Source: Neophaeotheca triangularis
Taxonomy: Eukaryota
DNA length: 64,000 nucleotides
Assembly (NCBI GenBank): GCA_054600435.1
Contig: BAAIJX010000017.1
Coordinates: 1-64,000 of the forward strand
Direction of reading: 5' to 3'
Shown here piece after piece: positions 10,456 through 20,260 of this stretch (position 1 is its first letter; each line of letters opens with the position of its first letter). The position numbers and the translations under genes were made by a program. The notes beneath the pieces were generated by a model. That model was given only the letters and a program-made list of their open reading frames with translations, had not been told where the DNA came from and did not search any database.

Positions 10456-12702
10456 GTACTACTTAGTAGATCTCCCTAGTTATAATATATCTCTCTAGTA
10501 GTAAAGGAAGAGAGTAGCCCCTAAAGTTATTACTTAGCTATACCTATATTAAGAACACTACTTCTTTTCGAAAATCTATTTCTCGATAGTCTATAGTTCA
10601 AATATCCTGAATTTGATTTTTAACTACAGAATTAATTCATAGTCTAAACTATGAAATTATAGGGAAGATCTAAGGTACTAGTAAATAGTAAATTACTACC
10701 TCTTTCTAAATTAAACTACCCCCCTAGTTAAAATTCAGCGCTAAAATCCTTACCTATTTTAAATCAAATTGCCGTAATTTAGTCGTAGTATTATAGTTAG
10801 TTCAATATAATTTCTTTTAGACTTATCGTAGAGGACTGTTACTCTATTAGTAGCTCGCTAGTTAGGCATAGTACGCTTTACTAATTGTTATTAAAGTTCT
10901 ATAATAGTAGTAGTAAGAACTATATATTAGTCCGTTACTATCTCTTCTTATTCTTATAGGGTATTAACTCTAGTTAGGGGAGTTTACTAGGTTAGCGTTA
11001 TCGACCTAAGGGTATAGCGAGTAGGCTAGTACTATGATGTCTAAGCAAATCTTAACCTAAATAGGTTCTAAGATCAAATAGAATTAAAAGACTAAGACTA
11101 TAACTTAGTTAGGATTATAGTATAGCGAGGGTAGAACATAATAATAGTAATAATAGTAATAGTCCTTTAATATAGAAACTATTTAATAGTAGATAGGAGG
11201 CTTTACTATTAGCTATCTTATATACTTTCGTAGTGTATATACTTAGTATACCCGAGCTATCTATAGCTAGGCTACCGTTATCCTACTAGTATTATAGTCG
11301 TAATAATATCCTCTAGGTTTACTTAAGCTTAGGCGCTAAACTAAGTAGTATCTATGTTATTGAACTAGTAGATATTAGTATTATCGTCTACTTCTAGTCT
11401 ATTATCTTAAAGGAACTTAGAGAAGGTACTCTATAGTTATTATTAATATACTCTAGTATATCTTTATACTATAACTAGAGGCTATACTCTTTATCTTATA
11501 TATCTTAAGACTATTATTAGAGAGTTTCTAATTATAACTATAACTATGTTTAAGACACATTAAAGAGTTTCTATAGTGTACTCTTATGTCTAAGGAAAGG
11601 TAAGGCCGATTTGGCCCTATCTCTAAGATTTACTATTTTTGTAGTACTAACCTAGTTATATAGTTATATCTTTAATCTATAATAGCCTATAGGTAGTAGG
11701 CTATCCGTTATACTTTAGGGCAGTATTTAATAATGTAAGGGACTAAATCAGATAATTAATAAGATCGAATATAGTCTATAAAAGTAGTAACTAGAGGTAA
11801 GTTAAAGGTATACTCGACTTACTAACATAACATATTAACATAATATGTAAAAGTATAAGTTATGTACTAGAGTTCTATAGAGGTATATGACTTAAGTCAT
11901 AGAGAATTTAAGGTTATGGGTTCAAACTATAACATAAACCAATATTACTATTATCTTACGTGACTTTTACGTACGTGATCTAAACCTAAAAGAGCTGCCT
12001 TAGGGCGGCTAGGCGTAAAGCGTACGGACATATATACGGACATATATTATAATCGTTTAGATAATCGGCCCTTACTAGACAGATAAACAGTTTATCCTAC
12101 GAAAATTGGTTTATACCTTAATAGACTGTTTATCTGTTAATCGGTTACAAGATGTTAACGGTTAAAAAATCACTAACTTTCTTAGTCGCTATAGGAGGTT
12201 TATGAACTGTCTATATACCGTTCATCGAGACCCCCACTTCCGCGTATGTAGGGTATGGAAAGCTGGCGTCAAGGCTACTCGTCACAAGTTTCCGACGTTT
12301 TATTGATGCTCTCTAGCATTTTGCGGAACCCGAGCAAGGTAATGGCTTTGGATTTAGGCGGTACTGCACGACGTCTTCTTATTACGGCAATAACAAGGGA
12401 AAGTATAGCTTAGGCAAAAGGTACAACATAACTACGAATACAAGTTGCTCATCCTAACTATCGATCGAGACCGAAGAGGGTCTCTCCTTTTTTCGTCATA
12501 ACACATGAAGACCATTAATACTACTACTGCTCCTCATCGAAAAGAGCGCTCAACTGGAGCGACAGCCGGCGGTGTGTTTGCACGCACCTCCCCGCGCACC
12601 TTGCTGAGCGGCCCCCCTTCTCACCCTTTCCATCATCTTTAATCCTTTCGCGCAATCACAGGTGATTCCCAGGACGTCAGTCTTAGGTGTCGAGCGAAGC
12701 GT

Positions 12703-14215
12703 TTACAACTCCTCCTTGACACGCTCGGTGGCCGACTTGACAGCGGCGGCAGCATCCTTGCTCGCGTCACCGCCAGTCTTGCTGGCCTCCTTGCTGGCCG
12801 AAGAGGCAGCAGAGGAAGCAGCGGAAGAAGCAGCGGAGGAGGACTTGCTGACGCGAACGCTGGCGGAAGACGAGGCAGAGCTCAAACTGGCCTGGGCTTC
12901 CTTGGAAGCCATGCCGAAGTTGTTCAGGGCATAGTCGTACCAGTAGCGGGCTTGGGAGTAAAGGTCGTTGGTGGCTTGGGCGTAGAAGTTGCCAGCGGAG
13001 GTAGAAGCGGCACCGTAGGCGTTGGAGGCGGAAGAAGCGACATTGTCGCCAGAAAGCGAGGCTGCATTCTTGCGCGCGAGAGCGAGGAGTTCGTTGCGCT
13101 TGCTGCCTTGGGGAACCTTAATACCGTTCTTGTCGCACCACTCTTTGATCTGGCTGTCGGACCAGCTGTTGAGGAGTTGCTCAGAAAGAGTCTCTTGGGC
13201 GTTGGCGGCGGACTTGGTCAGGTCGGCGTATTTGGCATTGGCATCGTTGGCTGCGAGACGGGAGTTGCGGCGGACACTAGCGATGACCTTGTCGCGGGTG
13301 TTGGGCTGGGGAGCAGGGAGACCGCGCTCGTCCATCCAGGCCTTCAACTCAGAGTCGGACCAGGACGAGTAGAGCCAGTCGCCAGGGTAAGCGGCGGTCT
13401 CACCAGCCTTGTCCGCGACCTTTTGGTAGTTGGAGCGGACAGTGGACAGGAGAGAGTCGCGAGTGCGGGGCTCAGGGTTGGGAATGTGGTGGTAGTCGAG
13501 GAAGGCCTTGAGCTGGGAGTCGGTCCAGCTGGGAGAAGGGGAGTCAGTATGCATGAAAAAGCGAGGCCAGAATGGCAGAATGGATGCTGATGCTCACCTG
13601 TTGAAGATCCAGTCCTGAACGTTGCCATAAGCATCGGACGCCTGTTCAGCAGTCTCGTGCCAGGCGTTCTGGACCTGCTGGACAAGGGAGTCCTTGTTCT
13701 TCTCGGTGCCCTTCTTGACCTCCTCGCCCTTGCTGTTTAGGTAGTTCTGCAGCTGCTGCGTGTCCCAGCTGTTGTAAGGTTTGGCGACGTTGTCCTCCCA
13801 GTTCTTCTGGACCAGGTCTTGCAGATCCTTGCGGTCGGCGGGAGTCGGGTAGGGGACGTTGTGGTCGGAGAGCCAGCGCTCAAGCTCAGTCTCGTGCCAC
13901 TTGTTGTAGGCTATGCGGGCTCGACGTTAGTTAGACTGGAGGACGCGGTATTGCTTGTGCGGCGGAGGTAGAGAGGGAATGGAGGAAGTGAGGGAAACTG
14001 CCAGAGCCATGGAATGAAAGGCAACACAGATACAACTCGCTCTTCTCTCGCACTCTGCAAATGATGGATGTTGCCTTCTCGCTGCGGGTATACACATGGG
14101 ACCAGGTGAGAAGGAAGATGGAGAGGGACTTACCAGCATTGCCAAACCAGGTGTTTGCGACAACAGACTGCGTCGCCAGCGCGACCACGGCCGCGGAGGC
14201 AAGAGTGAATCTCAT
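12703..14215 (-). CDS. ish1: Ish1/Msc1-family stress-responsive nuclear-envelope/ER protein
   Basis: Exons 14215-14134, 13910-13598 and 13528-12703, with GT-AG introns. Signal peptide MRFTLASAAVVALA; YNKWHETELERWLSDHNVPYP; repeated WSDSxLKxW/FL Ish1 motifs; C-terminal KEEL. Confidence 0.88.
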
Positions 14216-14982
14216 GTTTGCAAAAGTCTGCTCGGATGGGTGTGAGAGGTATGTCTCAAAAGGGAAGTCAGGTTGTCAAGGGTATGGCGGAAAATAAGGT
14301 GGGAAGTGGTGGTGGAAGTTGTGGTATGGGAGAGAGGTGAAGTGAGGTGTTGTTTGTGTTTTGGAGCGCGAATTGGAGAGGAACAATCTTGGAAACCCAA
14401 GGGCAGCGGGGGCCCAAGCTCCCGCAAAACTGACGTAGCTGTGGCGCAGGACATCGTCACCGCCGTTTCACTGCATGAGGTGAGGTCGATGGAAACCTGG
14501 AGGTGGGCTGGAACCTTCCAGTACCCAGATAATCGACCGGAAAAGAGACGTGACAGGTGGTCTTTCAACAATCCCCGAGGTCACAGCGACGGATGTACTC
14601 GGCCTCATGGAGTTCCGGGAGAAACAGAATATTTACTACCTATCCATGGATACCGATTGACAAAGCGGTAACTATAGCAGAAGCTCAAGGTTGGAGAACC
14701 CTGTATCAACACCTAAGGCTGAAGCCTTCGGGTCCATTGACTGCACGTGGTGAAAGCATGTCATCGAGTTCAAGAGGCGGTAACTAACATGTACCTACCT
14801 TATGAAGCATGAATCAAAAACGCCTTTCTCGCCCTCACGTCCCGGGTATCCCTCCTGTAGTTATGCTGCCTTCCAAGCGCCATCGCTAAAATCACATCAT
14901 CCGCGCCGCTTCAACAGGCACTATCCCGACGAGCTCGCATCCCAACTCGCCGCCGACAAAACAACCAGAAGCAACCAGAACT

Positions 14983-16404
14983 CTACTCCTCAAGCTCGCC
15001 CTCCTCGCTTCCACCCTCGTTCGCCTCCTGAGCCCCCACAGGCTCCTCTGGCGCATAGCCAGTGGTGGTAACAGTCTTCTCCTTCTCCGCCTTCCCACCC
15101 CCCTGGACATCCACCTCGGCCTGTTCGTTCCCGTCCTCGACCCTCAAAGCTTCTTCTTCGTGTTTCATGTTGTTGCTGCCGTTGGGGTCATCGGGCGTAA
15201 CGGCATGCTCGCCATTGTTCTCGACTCTGCGGTCCCCGTTGAGTCTGGGCTTCTTAGTCTCAGGCTCCACTCCATCGCCTTCCCTCCTTCCGACACCAGT
15301 CGATGAAGGGGCGTCGTTCGGCTGGGAGTTCGACAGCTGCTCGGGGCCACGCTTGGTACCAATGGAACTGGCATTGGAAGTGCGCCTGGTTTCCGTAGCC
15401 AAGTGGTGCGAGGTATATGGCGACAGCGTACCATGGCCACCCCGCATGCGAGTGAGGTCCGAAGCGTCCTCTTCAACATCCATGGGTGTTGTCATGCCGG
15501 CGTAAAGGCTCTTGTTGCCCTCGGAGCCCGTCGTGGAAGCTGCGCCATTGGTTTTGCCAACCTTGTTCGTCTCCTGTTCGTAGTGTGTGGTGATGAAGGT
15601 AACGGCCCTGCGCAAGTCTTTTGTCCGTACCTTCTGCGTTTCCCACCAGGGCAGGCCATTGGCGCTGTCTGGTATCTGTAGTCCTTGCATTCGGCAAGCT
15701 ACGTAGAAAGCTGCGACGCAGATGACCCTGCTCGTGCACATCAGGCATAGTATCGTATTGTTGGCGTCCGTGACGAGTGCCCAAGCAGAGTTGCGGAAAG
15801 GCTTGTTATGCTCATGACCGTAGAACTTCAGCATGTGGAAGAGCAGACGGTGCGGCGATTCCACAGTGAGATCGAAACACAGCACCTCCAGTAAAACATC
15901 CTCATTGTACAATATGCAATCCCTCCACTTCCAGAAATCTTTACTCTGCTCGTCAACAATCAAGTTGGGATTCTTCTGCGCCACGCGACAGAAAGCGGTT
16001 ATCAGCTCTTTCATCTTGCGACAGCTCTCCTCCACTTTCGTGGCCAGGAACAGCGCCGTCGCTGCCGACTGAAATTGATGCAACTTGACAATACCATTTC
16101 GTTCCTTTTTAAGACTGGCGCGCATTAAGAAGCGCTGAAAGAATACGCCGGCGGTGCTGAGAGTCAGCTGAGGCAGTTTGAGCATGATGCCCACTTGGAC
16201 GATGAAGTTGATGCCTTTGGCGCGCATTTCTCTCTCTTCAACTGCGCTCATGCCGTCTTGTACTGAAGGCGTGTTGTCGAGCTCGGCTTGGGTAAAGAGC
16301 CATTGCGCTTCTTGCTCGGCGACGACTTTGTTGGGGGATTTCGGCTTCGTTCGCGCAGCCGGTTGGGTGGAAGGGAGGTGTCGGACGTTTGCTGGTGCGG
16401 GCAT
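14983..16404 (-). CDS. Transcription cyclin (cyclin K/T, Pch1-like)
   Basis: 473-aa ORF; WLFTQAELDNTPS, QVGIMLKLPQLTLSTAGVFFQRF, LFLATKVEE and LLEVLCFDL are cyclin-box motifs of CTD-kinase cyclins. Confidence 0.9.
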   Translation of the reverse strand: MPAPANVRHLPSTQPAARTKPKSPNKVVAEQEAQWLFTQAELDNTPSVQDGMSAVEEREMRAKGINFIVQVGIMLKLPQLTLSTAGVFFQRFLMRASLKKERNGIVKLHQFQSAATALFLATKVEESCRKMKELITAFCRVAQKNPNLIVDEQSKDFWKWRDCILYNEDVLLEVLCFDLTVESPHRLLFHMLKFYGHEHNKPFRNSAWALVTDANNTILCLMCTSRVICVAAFYVACRMQGLQIPDSANGLPWWETQKVRTKDLRRAVTFITTHYEQETNKVGKTNGAASTTGSEGNKSLYAGMTTPMDVEEDASDLTRMRGGHGTLSPYTSHHLATETRRTSNASSIGTKRGPEQLSNSQPNDAPSSTGVGRREGDGVEPETKKPRLNGDRRVENNGEHAVTPDDPNGSNNMKHEEEALRVEDGNEQAEVDVQGGGKAEKEKTVTTTGYAPEEPVGAQEANEGGSEEGELEE

Positions 16405-16894
16405 CTTGTCGGCGGGCTGTCACTGAAGAGTATCCGGTCTGGGGGTAGACGAGACAAGGTAGCTGGCGCCGGCGCGTCCGTGAAAGATGGTCGCGATGCT
16501 CAAGGAATGTTGCAGCCGAGGAGGTGGATGTCGTAAGGTCGCGACATGGAGAAGTCCTGCCTTTTGCTCGTAACGGTTAAGTCCGACGAAGAGCACCCGT
16601 TCTGTGCGAGCAAGTCAGCGAGAATCTTCTCTTTCTGTCCGAGTTAGATGAAGCAGAGCTCAATTACCTAGACTGCGGATGTAACGGGAAGAAAGATGAG
16701 TACGGCATGCGCATCTCCGAACACAGCTTGCGAACTTATCATCCCGCCAAGCCCCACCCCTTCTAGGTAGACTTCACCTCTCTTTCGCAAAGCAGAGTCA
16801 GGGTCCATATCAAAAGACAGCTTCAGCACCAGGGAAAAAAAAAACCACAACTCCGCCAACCCATTTCCCGTACTCCCAGAAATTCACCGCCACG

Positions 16895-17277
16895 ATGCCC
16901 TCAGGACAAGGAAGTACGCCACCCCGAAAATCCGCCCACTCCCTCCTATCCCCATCCGCTCCTTCAAAGCCTCCCATTTCATCCTACCCGCTAACCCACG
17001 AAACACAGCCGGCACCAACCCCATCCACAACAAAAAGCCCAAAAAGGCCGATAAGGGCGAGGAAGACGAGGAAGACAAGGCATTCAAGTTGAAGCAGGCT
17101 GCTGGTACGTTCCCTCTATCCAACAAACACATGCACGCAATGCCACAGCGGAGCAGGGAGGGCTTTTGCTGACGACGGTCTGTTTTAGACAAGAAAGCTC
17201 GCGAGGAGATGGCCAAGAAGGCCGGCGGTAAGGGACCATTTGGTGGCGCGGGGTTGAAGAAGAGTGCGAAGAAATAA
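16895..17277 (+). CDS. TMA7: Translation machinery-associated protein 7
   Basis: Exons 16895-16913, 17009-17104 and 17189-17277 (GTACGC/GTACGT donors, CTAAC/CTGAC branch sites) give MPSGQGTGTNPIHNKKPKKADKGEEDEEDKAFKLKQAADKKAREEMAKKAGGKGPFGGAGLKKSAKK. Not recovered intact by the ORF track. Confidence 0.9.
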
Positions 17278-17639
17278 GTGCTTGACCGGTTGGGTGGATG
17301 GGAAAGGGTTGGAAGCGGTGGGTGCGTGCGAGCGTCGGTTGTGGAAGGAATGGAAGAAGCGCAGCATGGGCTCGTTGATGTGCGAACGAATGGTTCGAAA
17401 AACGTGTTGCTTTTGGAGTTAGGAGGATAGAAGGCTCGACGATACCAAAGAATTTACTTTTCACGTGAGAGGCCCACTCTCGAGATTGCTTTGGGGTGCT
17501 TCTGGGCTTACAGTAGTGTTGAGAATTGATTGCGGGCTCTCATAATTGTGGTCTCCCTTCCATGCACGACGGACTACGGTAAGCAGGCCTCCCTCTTACT
17601 CCCCCTTGCTCAGCCACAACACATTCGACGTCTTAAGCA

Positions 17640-19619
17640 CTACACGATATCAACGAGAGTCTGGAAATTCAGCGGCGGTTGGCGTTCCATCGATTCGCCA
17701 CGCATGAGGCCATGGATATACGCTGCGCCTACGAGCCGATACTGGTCAGGTTTTTGCCGTGAAGCAGGGGGCCGTACGGGTGCCTGCACAGAAAACGTCG
17801 AACATGGCCTGAGAATCAGTGGCACGCGGGATCCAGGAACGATCCAGGTGGAATCACCTGGCTTTATGGCCTCAGCCCCAACACCAAGGAGAGCCGAATT
17901 TGTACAGAAGAGTATGAGGCACGTCCGAAGTGCATAGTTGAGACCGAATTCCGAGTGCTGCTGATACTCACTGCCCAGCGTCTCAATGCTCCTTCTTTCC
18001 GCCAATCGTCGTTCGGCTGGATCGTCAAAAAGACTGGCAATGGCGGCCCCTCCTTCCCTTGCTAGCAGCCAAGGCCAAAACTGATCCCCAACCTGCGAAC
18101 GAGCCGGGAAGCAAGTACCTGGACAGGTGTCCATTACTAAAGTCCTCCAAAAAACTTCCTCAAGAGGCTGGACCTCAGACAGCGGTCCCACCCTGTAATT
18201 TTCTCGAATGCGACGGAGAACCACGCATGTGGCCTGAAGATCCCCGCCTCGGGCTATCTCGTCCTTAGAGTTGCCTAAAAGTGCGACTTGGTCGATCTTC
18301 GCAGCTCTCAGGCGAAGTATACGAGCCCTTTCCCCATCGGCAAACTCGATTGTCTGCGTGAGGTTCCCGGCAGCTGAGTATCTCCGGTATCCCGTAATTC
18401 CGAGCCCGACTTTCTGTTTGATAGACCAGTCTGGTACCCAGGACGGCATAGACTCTTTTCCTTCCAAGTTGTCCGCCCTTAGGCTTTCGGCGTACGCAAG
18501 GACGTGCAGGCTTTGCGACATCCGGAGAACTGCTTGTGCTGTTTGCGTGAAAGCCTCTGCATCCGTGGTATTCGGTCCATAATCTGGCTCTGGAAAGACG
18601 AAACCCCTCGGTCTGTAGCGAATACCAACTCCGTAACAGCAGTACGCCTTGTCACGAGGGCGTTCGCAGTCGAATTCGCGAACGCGAATCAAAGTGTCAA
18701 GGAAAAGATCGTGGGGCTCACCCGAGAAAGATGCTTTTGTCATTGTCACAATATCGTCTTGAGTCCCGCCAATTTTTGCGGCAGCGTTGAGGCGTGGAGG
18801 TTCGAGGCCGTCGTTCAGGAATGCTGCGTCTTCAAACCTTTGCCTCCAGGTCGTCTTGGAGAGGTGGCTAGATACAGCTCGGACAGCATACCATGAGACG
18901 GTCTGTTCGCCGCAGTGAACAAGCAACCCGTCGGGATTCGCTAAGATCACCTCCTGCACTACCCAAGCTCGGCTGAACCACCTGCGGCGCAATAATCGCG
19001 CGAGTGAGACCCAATACATTTGCTGATGGAACTCGTGCTCTAAGAGATTCATTACGTTGAGCGAATCCAAGGTATCTGGGGTAGTTACTGCAAGCTGATT
19101 CGGCGGCATCGACCCTAGATGACGGATCAATTGGAAGGCACGTTCAGTGTCGTTGTCGCCTTTGCCCAGCCAGATAGAGACCCTCGTTGCGTGTTCGTAA
19201 ATCTCAGCCATCAGCTTGACTTGGGCGGTCTTCTCTTCAAGATCCTGCTGATTTATGCAGATGGCATCCACCCACAGGTATTGATTCGGGCATTTGCCAA
19301 ATTGTAACAGAGCCTGGTACAGGTTGTCGAGAATGCGGCATTTGACGCCATTACAGATCACCGTCTCGCAGGTCTCGGGAGGAATAGCTCCCAGGGGCGT
19401 CGCATACAAGGCATTTCTCCAAGCGTAAGAAAGCGCAACGAAGGCTTGGGAGGATGCGTGTAGCGAGACTGTTATCAATTCGCAGGAAATTACCAGTTCA
19501 AGGCTGAAGATTCTAAGTAGCCGGAAGTCCTTCGACCGGAAGTCCTTGGACGATTTTTGTAAAGGGGCAAGGAGGTACACGCTAGGTGGTATGTTGTTCT
19601 CGTTCTCCTTCACTCCCAT
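17640..19619 (-). CDS. HET-domain (heterokaryon incompatibility, HET-6-like) protein
   Basis: 659-aa intronless ORF; FVALSYAW, YLWVDAICINQQDLEEKTAQVKLMAEIY, WFSRAWVVQEVILA, PSWVPDWS and YRLVGAAYIHGLMRGE. Confidence 0.93.
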   Translation of the reverse strand: MGVKENENNIPPSVYLLAPLQKSSKDFRSKDFRLLRIFSLELVISCELITVSLHASSQAFVALSYAWRNALYATPLGAIPPETCETVICNGVKCRILDNLYQALLQFGKCPNQYLWVDAICINQQDLEEKTAQVKLMAEIYEHATRVSIWLGKGDNDTERAFQLIRHLGSMPPNQLAVTTPDTLDSLNVMNLLEHEFHQQMYWVSLARLLRRRWFSRAWVVQEVILANPDGLLVHCGEQTVSWYAVRAVSSHLSKTTWRQRFEDAAFLNDGLEPPRLNAAAKIGGTQDDIVTMTKASFSGEPHDLFLDTLIRVREFDCERPRDKAYCCYGVGIRYRPRGFVFPEPDYGPNTTDAEAFTQTAQAVLRMSQSLHVLAYAESLRADNLEGKESMPSWVPDWSIKQKVGLGITGYRRYSAAGNLTQTIEFADGERARILRLRAAKIDQVALLGNSKDEIARGGDLQATCVVLRRIRENYRVGPLSEVQPLEEVFWRTLVMDTCPGTCFPARSQVGDQFWPWLLAREGGAAIASLFDDPAERRLAERRSIETLGSEYQQHSEFGLNYALRTCLILFCTNSALLGVGAEAIKPGDSTWIVPGSRVPLILRPCSTFSVQAPVRPPASRQKPDQYRLVGAAYIHGLMRGESMERQPPLNFQTLVDIV

Positions 19620-20260
19620 CGTGATTACGATTAGATTGTCGTCGTACTAGACAGGGAGGTGTACGAGCGAGCAAGCATACATTGGAGGTGGTACTGTGCA
19701 CGCCATCAACCTTGGAAGTCAGGTTAGCCGACCACCGAGCCACCTTACGCCACTTGATAAACGTATACATATTGGCATGGCCATTAATAGAGCTACCGAA
19801 GGTGCTCGCACGAGACAAAGAGCAGCGAAAATCCACGCGACAGCTGTACGCCACGGACACCGTTGCAAAATGCGAGAAATCGAACAGCGGAGATAAAACA
19901 ACGGTAGTACGCAGCCTATACGACTCGGGGGTATCCACTACGCCGCCAGCCCGTGAAACGTCATGCCATCCCTGCCCATCCCTTCCCATCCCATTCCAAC
20001 GCACCCACCGTGCAACGCAGCAATTGACGGTGAGCCTGCCTCGTCCATTCTTCCGGTAGCCTTTTTCTCCATCCCACCCCTGAAATCGCTCAAACCTACA
20101 CCGACACCATCACGGTCTACCGCCTCGCTCAAAAACAATGATATCTACTAACACACCTACACCATCCCCGACAATCATCGCAAGCACGCCCATCCCGGTA
20201 ATTCAGCTCCTGCAGGCAACGTTGAAACCGCAGCCCTGCAGGCCTGAGTCTTGGCGCCTC

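Larger units (their letters stand above)
119..12200. repeat. RIP-mutated subtelomeric transposon block
   Basis: Strong TpA/TAG excess and CpA/TpG depletion; no ORF in the supplied track before 12662; relic reading frames are full of TAG/TAA in place of Gln/Trp codons. The right boundary is gradual (~12.0-12.5 kb). Confidence 0.93.

Noticed and set aside
119..12200. Telomere-linked RecQ helicase or MoTeR-type telomeric retrotransposon
   Set aside because: No helicase motifs recognised; the RT element has an N-terminal APE rather than a C-terminal REL domain.
119..12200. Alternative genetic code or stop-codon readthrough
   Set aside because: TAG/TAA at Gln/Trp positions co-occur with G-to-A missense changes in catalytic motifs (YADD to YANN), which RIP explains; host genes use standard stops.
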